The translations under genes and the position numbers were made by a program. The notes beneath the pieces were generated by a model. It was not told the DNA's origin, ran no database searches, and saw only the letters and a program-made list of their open reading frames with translations. From Octopus sinensis (taxonomy: Eukaryota): a stretch of DNA of 64,000 nucleotides. Shown here in pieces: positions 38,526 to 52,200 of this stretch. The DNA lies in contig NC_043004.1 in NCBI RefSeq assembly GCF_006345805.1, positions 92,752,001-92,816,000 on the forward strand. Direction: 5' to 3'. Every line of letters begins with the position of its first letter. The first letter of the stretch is position 1.

Positions 38526-41003
38526 CGAGTATCATAAAATTATGACCATCATTTTCATTCTCTTTTACAATCTACTTTTCCATGCTTGCATGGGTTGGAC
38601 GAAAAATTATTGAAACAGATTTTTCACCAGCTGGGTATTCTTTCTGTTGCCAATCCTCACTTGCTTGTAAGCGAGGTAATATTTCCTATAATCTATTGAA
38701 CATTTAACAACCTGGACATGTTTTCACAGAAGATTGTAAACAAATGACACTGTCTGCACGAGTAGTGGTTCCTGGTTTACAACCAGAGTGCACACAAGAA
38801 AAATAAGCATTTAGTCGGGCATATGCTTACACACATATATACATGCACACACACACACACACACTACAAAATTTTGTTCTTGAAGTGTTGGTCAACCCTT
38901 GGCCATTGTAGAGGGCTCCAGCCAGCAATGTCTTTGTCGTGGGAGTAAACCAAAGTGAAATTCTTCATTATGTATGCATACCTGTTGCAAAATTACTATA
39001 GATATGTATATATTCTGAAGGTAGCACCCCGGGCAAAATGCTTATCGGTATTTCGTCTGCCGCTACGTTCTGAGTTCAAATTCTGCCGAGGTCAACTTTG
39101 CCTTTCATCCTTTCGGGATCGATTAAATAAGTACCAGTCACGCACTGGGGTCGATATAATCGACTTAATCCCTTTGCCTGTCCTTGTTTGTCCTCTCTGT
39201 GTTTAGCCCCTTGTGGGTAGTAAAGAAATAGGTATTTCGTCTGCTGCTATGTTCTGAGTTCAAATTCCGCCGAGGTCGACTTTGCCTTTCATCCTTTCGA
39301 GGTCGATTAAATAAGTACCAGTCACGCACTGGGGGCGATATAATCGACTTAATCCCTTTGTCTGTCCTTGTTTGTCCTCTCTGTGTTTAGCCCCTTGTGG
39401 GTAGTAAAGAAATAGGTATCTACTTTATTTGCTTTGTTTGGAAAATTCTTTTATATATTTATTTTTTTTTTATCCAATTCACTCCATTTCTCAGACAATG
39501 ATTATAGCTTTAAAAGTGTTTTAATTCACTTTAGATATCTTAATGAGCTCTTCCCTATAAATTAGCTTCAGTTCTCAGTGAATGAAGATGTTCTCTCTAA
39601 AACACATCTGTGTTTTTATATAAAATACTCTTAGTTTTGTGTAGATTTATTGAACTATTGCTCTTTACGCTCTCTCTCTCTCTTTTACTCTTTTACTTAT
39701 TTCAGTCATTTGACTTTGGCCATGCTGGAGCACCGCCTTTAGTCGAGCAAATCGACCCCAGGACTTATTCTTTGTAAGCCCAGTACTTATTCTATTGGTC
39801 TCTTCTGCCGAACCGCTAAGTTACAGGGGCATAAACACACCACCATCGGTTGTCAAGTGATGTTGGGGTGGTGGACAAACACACACACATGCATATATAC
39901 ATATATATATACATATATACGACGGACTTCTTTCAGTTTCCGTCTACCAAATCCACTCACAAGGCTTTGGTCGGCCTAGGGCTATAATAGAAGACACTTG
40001 CCCAAGGTGGGACTGAACCCGGAACCATGTGGTTCGTAAGCAAGCTACTTACCACACAGCCACTCCTATGCCTATATCAGTTCATAAGTTTCTATTTACA
40101 CCAATTGACCTCATTAAATATTCAACAATCTGTGAAAGGAAATGGCTTGTTATTGATGCCAATCTTGTTTGATTCATCCTCAAGTTTTTTGATGTTTCTT
40201 TACTGTCATTTTACCTTTTCATTACCATATTTCTGTTACAATACACTGCCTTTATTTCAATCAGTTTTGAAAAGAATGAAGAATTTAGTAAAATAAATTT
40301 GTCATTATTAAGCTTGTATTTGGAACATAAATTAACAGGAAATGTTAATGGAAGGTTTTAATCTAGACCACTTTGAAACAGGAAATTTGTATAGCAGAAC
40401 CTGGAATAGTCTCTGGCAAGTTAGTATTAAAAGGGTTAAGGTTGCTCGCAGTCAGCCTAAACTAATTATTTTCATTCTTGAATAAAGAAGCAAGTCATTC
40501 TCCCCTTCAGAAACAATACATATATGGTCCCAGATTCTGAACATACTATATGGAATAATCATAGTTTTCTGATCATTTTCATTTATATCACTTGTACAAT
40601 AATCATAGCTTTAAAACTCTTTTAATTCATCATCATCATTTTCATTCAATGTCCGGTTTCCAGACTGGCATGGGTTGGACACTTTGACAGTAAATGGTAA
40701 GCCAGTAGACTATGCCAAGCTCTACTGTCTGCTTTGGCATGATTTCTATAGCTGGGTGCACTTTATAGAGTGTACTGGGTATTTTTCGTGTGGCACCAGC
40801 ACCAACAATATTATCAAGTAACTTGCAAGACAAGAAAGAGGGCAAGTTGTATTGAGCGATGTGGCTTTGTGCCAGATGATGAGAGGTTAAAAAGTATGAA
40901 AGAGAGATAGGGGTCAGTGTCTTTTTATTGAGTACTTTGCAATAGATTTGCCTCATTTTGGGATGAATTGAGATGAGATATGTAGCACATATATGTCTTC
41001 ACT

Positions 41004-41047
<44 letters not shown>

Positions 41048-41079
41048 GATAGATAGATAGATAGATAGATATATATATA

Positions 41080-41134
<55 letters not shown>

Positions 41135-44100
41135 ATATTGTTATTGTTGCTGTTGGAAAACTTCTTAGTGATGCTTTCTACACAGAGAACATATAGTTAA
41201 GTGCAGACTATTATTGTATATGTAATAAGTATTTAATCAATTAAAATTATACCTAAAATGAACAAAATCGTAATTAGTGCTAATGATTGATAATTCACTT
41301 CAAGAAAGGCAAGCAAGACAACTCTGAAACTCAAATTGTTTAAATATTGAATGGGAAATAGACATCTAGTGGAGAATGAGTGATCTTTTTTTAGGAAGTA
41401 CAAGGACAACTCTTAACATTATTCAGTTTTATTAAACCTCCTCAGAAAAGCTAACCTTAGAATGACTACAATGATAAGAATCTTAAATGGACAAAACATT
41501 TAGTGATCAGGCAATTTATAAGAACATAGGAATGCATGTATTTTAAATTGTTAATATGATTAAATTAAAGCCAATTATTTTTAGTTTGAACAGTGAATCT
41601 CAGATCTTTTCTCTTGCCAAATAAGTTTAACTAAAGAATTTAAGTTATTTCTGTTTCCATTCTTGCAGTATGATTTCTGTTCTTGGTTTGGTAGAAAACA
41701 GTTCAGTTGTTTTAGTAGCCAGTATGTTGATATCACCATTGATGGTAAGTAAACCTTGATATATAACTGGTATTTGAACAGCTTGTTAGGTTTACTAAAA
41801 TAAAATATCTGTAGTTGTTATTATCATAATACAGTAATAGCCAAATATTGAAGCATTTAATTGATGGTTCTCACTTTGTCTATCCTAACTTTATTTTGTT
41901 TGCAGCTGTTGAAAGATTTTAAATTCACATGTTATGGTCAGGAAAGCAGGACTAAAAGGTCATTTTATGAAAATTTGTAAAGAGAAATTTGAATATCTTC
42001 AGCAGTAGATATATTAAAAAATCCATATCATCACAGTAAGATAAGATAGATATCACAAAAACATAACAGTTTATCAGTTCTATGATTAATCAAAAACTGA
42101 TGTTAACTTTATGTTATGGTCGCAAGCTTATCACATATATAATTGGATGCTTTGCAATATTTGTAGCTAGAAATAATAAGATACCTTTTCAAAAATTTAC
42201 ATATCTCATAAAATGACCTTTCACTTAGAGTTCAGATTTTAGGTGGTAGACCTATCATATCTGAGTGTATAAAAGATGCATATTAGATGATCCCAGGTTT
42301 TAGCATATTTAGGAAAATAAGTTTTTAGTGCATCAAAGTATGTAATATAGCCACAACTTCACATATAGGATGTAGGGTGATATTTTTTTGAGACTTTTTT
42401 TGATAAAAATGTGCATTTTATATGCCATCAAATATAGTAATCTATCCTCCAGTTTAAAATTACCAAATGACCTTTGGGTGCCATTAGTGGAGGTTATTTG
42501 TGTTACAATCGCTCTTGGTCAGATCGTCAGTGTAAGAATAACTTTCTTACCAATCTTGGAGACCTTGAGAATGGACAAAAGTCATAAGGCACCACATTCA
42601 CTATTCTCACTAAACATTTATAACGAAAATGAAAATGTAAAAATGGCAGTGATAGATGTATAATGACAAAATATACATATATATATATACATATATATAG
42701 ATGTATAATGACAAAATATTTGGTTGGTTGACAGAAGAAAAATCTGCATGAAGTCCAAATATAAAAGTAGTTAATTGTTAACTAAAAAAGTGTTGTCATT
42801 GCAATAACAACAGAAAAAAAGAGAGATAATCAGTTTGTTTGTGTCTGTATAACAATAGGTTGTAGTAGTCATTGAATTCTTTAGCTGAGTGATGGGGTGT
42901 AAGTTCCTGCTACTAGTTAGCTTCTGTTGTATTACAACAACTGGTCAGTTATCAAGCAAGCCATCCCTATGTACCCAATGGTCTGTCAAAGAAAAACCTG
43001 GAGAGAAAGGAGACAAGCAGAGTCTCATGAATGTCTAATGCTAATTTGCATAGAAAGCAGAGCACAAAATAGTTAGAGAGAGCAGCTGGCTATGAGCTGA
43101 TTTATGTGGAGAGAGAGAGAGAGAGAGAGATGTGATGCAAATTCACACTGAGTGTTGGATAGAAAGACTCTGTGTGCAGGTTCTACTTAATTCTTGTATT
43201 TGCTAGACTTTTCTACCTTTATGCTTTGTGTATTGTAGTTTTATGTGTATTTTAAAATTGTTTTTCTCCTGTTCTTTTGTCAGGGCCCAATATTGGCAGG
43301 GACTTTTGGTATTGTGATCCAAAATTATTCTTTACGAAATCTTGGTCTGAGGTCGGAATCAATTGGTCTTGCATTGTGCATTATCTGTGGTCAGTTGGAT
43401 ACTTTCTTGCATTGTTTGAGTTGGATATGTACAGACTGTGTGAAACATGTGGAAGAAGTGTGATTCTACATGATTGTGAGATATTGATGTTTGATGTGGA
43501 AAATCTCTGGAGAATCTGAAGAGAAATATGTGTCAAGTATATGATGCATGTGTACCTGACCCACAAATACCTTTATTGGGATATACACTCTTGCAAGTGT
43601 GAAGGCACATGGCTTATTGGTTCAGGTATTCGGCTCACGATCATAAGATCAAGGGTTCGATTCCCAGTGATGTATTGTGTCCTTGAGTGAGACACTTTAT
43701 TTCACATTGCTCCAATCCACTCAGCTGACAAAAATGTGCAGTACCTGTAATTCAAAGAGGCAGCTTTGTCACATTCTGTGTCATGCTGAATCTCCCTGAG
43801 AACTACATTAAGGGTATGCTTGTTTGTGGAGTGCTCAGCCACTTGCACATTAATTTCATGAGCAGACTGTTCTGTTGATCAAATCAACTGGAATGCTTGT
43901 CATCATAACCAAAAGAGTGCCAAACTCTCTTGTGAATATTCATTAAGACAAGAAGGTCTCCAAGTGTGTGAGTGAATGCATGTGTGTGTGTGTATATGCA
44001 TGTGAGTATGTAAGTGTATATATATATATATATTAATGTTTATTTTTATGTAGCTATGTATAAAAATATTGTAACATTAAACTGAAAACATGCTTAATAC

Positions 44101-46217
44101 TTTTTTAGTAGAGTACATGTCTGTTAAAGAATTAAATTTTTAAAAGCAGTGAGGTGACAGTTCAAAATGTTATGAAAACAATTGGTATGTGTTCACAAAG
44201 TCCAAATGATTAATAGGAAAAACCCTCCAGGCCACATCCCAAAAATTCATTTCTTTGCTGAATTTCTACAATGTTTACGGCAATTCGTTTTTATATCTTG
44301 ATTTTTTATTTTTCATGCAATTTACGCATGCTTGCACGAATGGCTAGGAGGAGATGTGCCGGGAAGTTAAACACACAGACACACACACACAGATACACAT
44401 GCAGACACACAAGTTGAGTTTTATATATATATATATATATATTTTTATATTCATCTAGGGTTTATCTTTGGCCTAATCATTGGTGCCATCCAACTCCAAG
44501 GACTGCCTGGATATATTGATGAGTGGCCCACTATGGAAATGAAATCCAGGTAAGGGTTGTTTTATTATTATTTTTTTTTCCATCTGTTGAAACAGTTCTG
44601 CAACTCTCACTTGCAATGTCTTTTAAACATTATGGCATTTTAAAAAAATATCACCCCTACTCCAGCTCTGTGTGTGTAGGGGACCTGCATGTCAAATAAT
44701 AGACCCAATGTTTCCTATGCATGTTGTAAAAAGTGGCTAAAAGAGGTTGAGGTAGGAGCTGTACTCTGCCCTTGTAAAACCCTTGACAGCAACAACTACT
44801 CAAACAGACCCACAGTTTGGAGAGTTGTTCCCTGACTGATGCAAAGGTGTCCTCCACCAGGAATAGTAAGGAATCACCAAGAAATGGTGAATGCAGCGAC
44901 ATGTTGTTACAGCACATACCCCCATACTACTACTACTACTACTACTGCCACCACCTTTTATTTTGTGACTCCTCAAGAAAATACTGAAAGTTAGAAATGT
45001 AGATAGACCTACATCTAATCTTCATATATGCAATGTTCAAGAAAATAATAATAATAATAATAATTTCACATTTTGAGAGAAGGCCAGCAATTTATCGCAG
45101 GAGGGGATTAATTGATTCCATGAACCCCAGTACTCAACTGGTACTTATCTTATTGACCCTAGAAGGATAAAAAGTAAAGTCAACTTTGGCAGGATTTGAA
45201 CTCAAAATGTAAAAGAGTCTTAAAAAATGCTGCTAAGCGTTCCATCTGACATGCTAACAATTCTTCCGGCTCACCATCTTTCTTACGGTTTCAAATTTTA
45301 GCACAAGGCCTACAGTTTTAAGGGGAAAGAGTAAGTCAATTTACATCAACCCCAGTGTTTGATTAGTAATTATTTTACCAACCACAGAAAGAAGAAAAGC
45401 TATGTTGATCTTAGCAGGGTTTGAACTGAGAATGTAAAGAGTCAGAAAAAATACTACCAAGCATTTTGTCCGACATGCTTACAATATTGCCAATTCACCA
45501 CCTTAATAATCCATTCCAGTGGAAACACAAGGGGAAGAAATTATGTCGATTACATATGCCCCAGTGTGTAACTGGTACTTTTTTGATCGATCCTGAAAGG
45601 ATGAAAAGCACCTGTCGACCTTGGCAGAATTTGAACTCAGAATGTAGCGATAGACAAAATGCCACTGAGGCAATGACAAGCGATTGAGACACACACACTA
45701 ACATATGACAATTGATTGAGACCTTTGGTGGCATGCCATGCTTGAGAAGACCCGTCAAACCAAATGTGATCAAAGACGTGGCTGATGCCTGTGTTGTGTA
45801 ACTGGCCCTTCATTTATTGGACTATATGCTGTGTTTGTGAAGACCTATCGAGCCGAGTGAAATCGTAGTCGTGGCTGATGCCACAGGTGTCTGACTAGGA
45901 TCCATGCCGGTGGCATGTAAACTATAGAATTCTGGGTTCAGACCAATTCTAGACACCGTCAGTAAATACCTTATTCCATATGCTTGAATGAAATTTGCTG
46001 TGTGGAATCTGTATGGTAGCCAAAAAAGGGATTGGGGCTTCAATCTTTGTCCAGTTTAAAACCACCTCCTGACCCTTGGTTGCCTTGTGTTGTGCAAAGG
46101 CCATGAAGATGCTCTTGAGTGTTATTTTACCTCCTTTGATTAAGCTATAAAAGAAAAGTTAAAATTCACTGTCTTTCAGTTTATTATTTCTCTGTCTCTG
46201 TCTTTCTCTTTCTCTCT

Positions 46218-46266
<49 letters not shown>

Positions 46267-49200
46267 CGACCGCGTGTGTATTGTTGGCGAGTTTTTTCCT
46301 CCGTCTTCCCTTCCTTGGATCTTTCCTTTTCCTATGTTTCTGACGAAGAGCTCCGCTCGAAACATTAAATCCTCCTTCTTTCTTTCCTTTCCTGAGCATC
46401 TAATAACACTATACTTGTTCCACATCCTCGCGTTGTTGTGTTTTCATGTTTGGATTAACTATATATATGTATGTATGTATATATAATAATAATATGTATA
46501 TATATAATAATGTATGTATGTATATATATAAATTTTTTGTAAAGCACTGAAACAAGGAGTCATTTTATACCTTTGTTGTTGTTGTTGTTGTTTACATTGA
46601 AGGCATTCCAGTCATGACCATCTTATCTTTTTGTATATCTAGGTTCAGAAATTTGCTTGTGCACAAAATTTGTTTTGCACTGCAATGTAATACGCACATC
46701 CATGCGAGTGACCATCTCTCTAACTTTTTCAATTAAGAAAATTCAATATCATCTTGAAAACTGTGTATACACATTTTTTCCTTTGTTCAGTAGCTGTAAA
46801 ATGTATGCACACACACTATTTTGGGACTATATTGTTTAAACAATCCTTCTTTTTAAGACACTAAGATAAAATTTGAAGGGAATTTCACTACTATTTCCAG
46901 CTAGTCAGATGACTACTCAGAGGCCTTTGTTTACTCAAACTAACTCCTTAAAGTTCGGTGATGGCAAAACTTCACCTGGTAATGGTCTGTTGACTATGGT
47001 AATATGATATGTGTTTATAATGAAGCACTCGGGTCCCACTTTATGGCACCTACTTACAACAAAATGAATTGGGCCAGTTAAATATATCGGCTTGTGCTAG
47101 TGAGTGATTATGTACCAATTATGTACCGGGGGGGATCATTATTATTTTCTTATAATAGGACTGTGTATGAGCTAATTAATTGAATGTCAGTGAAAATGCC
47201 TTGTGTTGTTCAGTTAGATATGGCTAAAATAACAGAGTCATGACAAACACCCTCTAATGAAAATAGCAATATGATCTTCTGGTAAGTAATACACATATCT
47301 TAAGCCTTGTTACTGAATGTGTGGTTCTTATAATGTCTTATAATATTTACATTAAAATCTTGGATGTTATTTAAGATTATTCATATTCTCAGAGTTACTT
47401 CATGTCATAAACATCCAATCAAAATGTGATAATTCATTTTGTTATACTGTTGTACATTAAATAACAACTGCTGGGAATTGAGTAAACTGTGAATTATCTG
47501 AGAAGCATGTGAAATTTACCAGAGTTAGAAGTGTTATTTTATATCATTATATCAATAGTCGTAACCTAATTTCTGGAAATGGAGTGGGAGGAAACCTTTA
47601 TCGAACTAAGTAACCTGGTTACTTTGCATGCAATAAATGTATAGTTGAAGTCCCACCAGTCAGCCTGTTGCATTTTGCTATTTCAAATTGGGGATTAGAA
47701 TACCAATACATCTTTGGGGAAAAGAAAACCCCAACAAATAACAGTACAAAGTATATGATAATGTTGTGAAGAAGAAATAAAGGAGAAATCAGTTTTATAA
47801 ACACTGGTCCTTCATCAGGAAAATTAAGAGGTTACAGAAAAGTAGCATTATTGTAAAAGCAACATTATGAATGAAGAAATCAGAAATGGGTATAATAAAA
47901 GTATCATCATCATCATCATTATCATCATCATCATTTCATGTCCACTTTCTATGTTGGCATATGCTGAATGGATCATTTCCAGAACAACCAACTCCACTGC
48001 AGATTATATCTATTTCTTTACTACCCCCAAGGGGCTAAACACAGAGAGGACAAACAAGGACAGACAAGCGGATGAAGTCGATTATATCGACTCCAGTGCA
48101 TAACTGGTACTTATTTAATCGACCCCGAAAGGATGAAAGGCAAAGTCGGCCTCAGCGGAATTTGAACTCAGAACGTAACGGCAGACAAAATACAGCTATG
48201 CATTTCGCCCGGAGTGCTAACGTTTCTGCCAGCACCTTAGTAACAGAAGCTATGAACTACTTCTAGTACTGAGCTAGCCAGGATTCAAGAGAATCCATAT
48301 CTTTTGCACTCTTAGTGCTTATTGCTCCAGTGCATCTGCCATAAACAGAGCCTGTTAGTTTACCTGTAGTTCCACTATATCTCTTGCATGTCCACAGTTT
48401 ACTCTGGATACAGTATATGAGATCGTTACCTACCCCTTTTCAGCCTACCTGCATGGCCAATTCCCTGATGATACTAATCTCCTATCTTCTTTCCTACTTA
48501 CTAATTGCTTAGTCTTTGCTAAGTTGACCATGAGACCACTAGATTCTAGATTTTTGCTCTCATATCTGGAATTTCTTCTCTAAATTTATTATAGATTCAT
48601 CTAAAAGAGTTCAGATCATCAGCATATAGAAGTTCTTATGGACAGCCAGTCCTAAACTCCTTTGTGATAGCCTGTGTGATGTACCATGATAAATAGGAAG
48701 AGCCAAGGATTGAACCTTGATAGACTGCTTACTTTCACTTTACTGACTGTGCATATGTATGCAGCTTATACAGCCTTCACAAGCCATTTATCTACATCTT
48801 ATTTCTTTAATGACCACCACATCATTGGCCATGATACCCTTTCAAAAAGGCCTTCTCCAAATCAACTTATGCTAGATAAAATAGCTTGCTCTTAGCTAAG
48901 TACTTTTGAAATTACCTCACTAATAAGATGGCATCTGTGGTACCTCTTCCAGGCATAAAGCCAAACTACATCTTATATAGGCTAATTCTATTCCTAATCA
49001 ATTGTGCTATGATTTTTTTTCTTTGACCTTCATAGCCTGCTCCAACCATTTGATGTTTCTGTAATTTCCTCATCCTAATGCTTCTTCTTTACTCTTCTAG
49101 CAGTTTGCAATGTTACTACTACACCAGCCATTTTTATGATGGTTTCCTGATTAGCAATTTAGCCCATCAGGCATAATTGCTGATGAGCAAACAACTTTCC

Positions 49201-52200
49201 TTACCTTCAGACCTGTAATTGCTTTATGTATCATACTGCTCTCAACTTGAATTGTCAGTTCCTCTGTTGGGTCAGCATGAGGTTAGACTTTCTTTATTCT
49301 ATGCATTCCCCTTGTTCAACAACTTCTCATAAAAGCACTCCTAAGCTTCATTTTTGTCATCAGCAATGAAGACAAGTGTGCCTCTATTATCCTTTCAAAA
49401 TTCTCTTCTCTCCTATGAGATCTTGGTTTTTTGTGGTACACTACCTTACAGTCTGGTAAGTTTATACTTCAAATCTTCACACTGCAGAACATATTCAACC
49501 CTTTTCTTTTCTGCTTTCCTTGATGCTAAGAATACTTAATACCTGTTTCTTTACTACCCACAAGGGGCCAAACACAGAGGGGACAAACAAGGACAGACAA
49601 ACGGATTAAGTCGATTACATTGACCCAGTGCGTAACTGGTACTTAATTTATCGAGGATGAAAGGCAAAGTCGAACCTCGGTGGAATTTGAACTCAGAACA
49701 TAGCGGCAGACGAAATACTGCTAAGCATTTCGCCCGGCGTGCTAACGTTTCTGCCAGCTCGCCATCTTAATACCTAACCTCCTTTCTAGTTACTTCTTAA
49801 TGCTCTTTGCATTCAACTTCCTTCCAGACTTGCCCAGAATTTCTATTACCTTTTATTGTTCTATTTACTGTGACATTTCACTAGCACAGCAAGTTACCTA
49901 ACAAGAATTCCCAATTGTTGTCTCTCTCCCTATTTTCATGTTATGTCAACTAGAATTTATTTAAACTTATAATCAAGATCAACTGCAGGGTTGTTTGTTT
50001 CTTGTTTTCTGTCACTGTATAGCTCTGACTCAAAAGTCACTACTCACTAATCTGATTTAAATAGAGCATCCTTCACAGGAAAAGGTTCCAGTTTTTACAA
50101 TAGCCTACCCCGTCTCATTTCCTGGTGAAAATGAAATCTGATTTATATGTTGAATGATTATTATACTTAATGTTATTTGCTACCACCTGGTCCATGGGTA
50201 CCTTTAGCAAAGCTCACTCTGATGTAAGCATTCTGTCTGACAATAACTGTTTCTGCCCGTCAGTTTCTGTGACCCTGAAATGGGTCAAGGATGAGACCCT
50301 TCCTCCTCTGACTAAACAGTGTTAAAAAAAATTTTAATTAAAATCTCAGCAATTAATTTCTAAGAAGCAGTTTATTGTTTAATTGCTTGCTTGTTTGTTT
50401 ATTTCTTTCTTTCTCTCCTCCCACTAGAGGCATGAGTCGTAGTCTGTGGATTGGTATCTTAATAGCACTCCCATCCGGTGCTGGAGTGTCTCTGTCTGTT
50501 CTGGGTGGTAACTCTGGGCCATTGGTTGGAGTTGCCATATCCGCCTCACTGCTGCCACCTGCTGTCAATGCTGTGAGTAGACTTCAACCTCTTTGGTCTT
50601 CTCTCTTTGTCTGTCTGTTAGTGTGCCAATTATAATTTGCCTTCTCTTCCTTCATTTACCATTCTTCGAATGTCTGCTCTTTTAATTAGTTAACCACTAC
50701 ATTATCTTGTGTAATTGTTATCATAATTAACAACACTATTGCTGTCATTATAATCATCATTATCAAAATTATCTTATCCCCCATCATTATTGTGAACAGC
50801 ATCATGATTACAAACATACTCTCATCATCTTTTCAACATCAGCAGCAACAATTATCATATTAATTAACCAACTTATTGTCAACAAATTCTGGGCAAGTCT
50901 GGAAGGAAGTTGAATGCAAAGAGCATTATCACATTATCATCACAATTAGTCTCATTCTCATTATTTTTTTTCCTTGAGTTTAAAATTCCAAATTAGCAAA
51001 AGTAAGATAATATTTACTGCTTCTTAATTATGGTTGTTCTGTAGGAACTGACATTACTGCTATTTTTAACTCCAGGAGGATGCCTCCTCCAACTGGTCAT
51101 CACTTACAAAGATTTTTTAACTAGCTAAATTTAAGATATTCTCATTTTAATAAATCATTATTGTACACAAATAGAGAAATTAAGAAATATCTTATTTCAA
51201 ATATATGCTACTATTTTAAAATTATGTAAAATATGTTATTTCATAACTTAAAATATACTGTTTCATAATAACTGAAAATATAGTAAAATAAACAAATATT
51301 TAGTTAATTCAAAAACATTTGGAGTATATTTTCAACTTACAAAGGCTATTTAACTACAGTTTACAGTGGAAAAAAAATTTTCCTTTAGATATCTGAGATA
51401 CAAGCTGTAAACAAACAATGTGATCAAAAATCGAAAATGGGTAATGGCTATATGTGCCATATTTCGGGATTTTTTTGTTCCTTCATTAGCACCCATCCAA
51501 CCCATTGATCATCCATGAACATATTGCTTAACTAGCCACAAAACAGAGCTGTGTAATATTATTGGATATACCAATTTTATAAATTAAACACATTTCTGGA
51601 AGCTGGTATGTAAACATTAATGACGTGTAGGAACATGGTATTTTGTTACGCAACATTACCAGTTATTTCATAACTTAATTTATATTACAATATCTTCTTA
51701 TATTTCAACATATGTTAAAATATATAAAAAAATATTTCCAAATAATTTTAAATAAATCTAAATGTTTTTTAATATTTCGATTTATATTAGAATGTTTTGA
51801 TTTATTTTAAAATACTTTATGATAGTATTTAAATATTTTATAGTACTTTAAAATATATAATATATTTTACATTGTATAATAATATGAAATTTATTAGAAT
51901 ATTTTCCAATAAGTTATTAATATTTTAAAAAATGAAATTCATTGTTAAACATGAAATTCAAAATCAACGCTCCAAATATTTTTATAAATTTGAATTCAGA
52001 TTCTGGGTTTTATTATTTTTTTTTTTTTCAATTAAATGTGAATTCAAACTAAACTCTTGCTTTCATTTTATTGTTGTTATTTGGCAGACTCATTAGCTCA
52101 CCAGACAAAATGCTTTGCAGTATTTTGTTCATCTTTATGTTCTGGGGTGAAATGCCAGTGCGGTTGTGTTGTTTTTCATCCTTTCAGGGTCGATAAAATA

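Noticed and set aside
47770-47825. Minus-strand CTGATGA followed by AGG..CCT stem
   Set aside because: No GAAA after the putative stem II, so not a hammerhead. Other isolated CTGANGA hits (12364, 22353, 42525, 59955) fail likewise.
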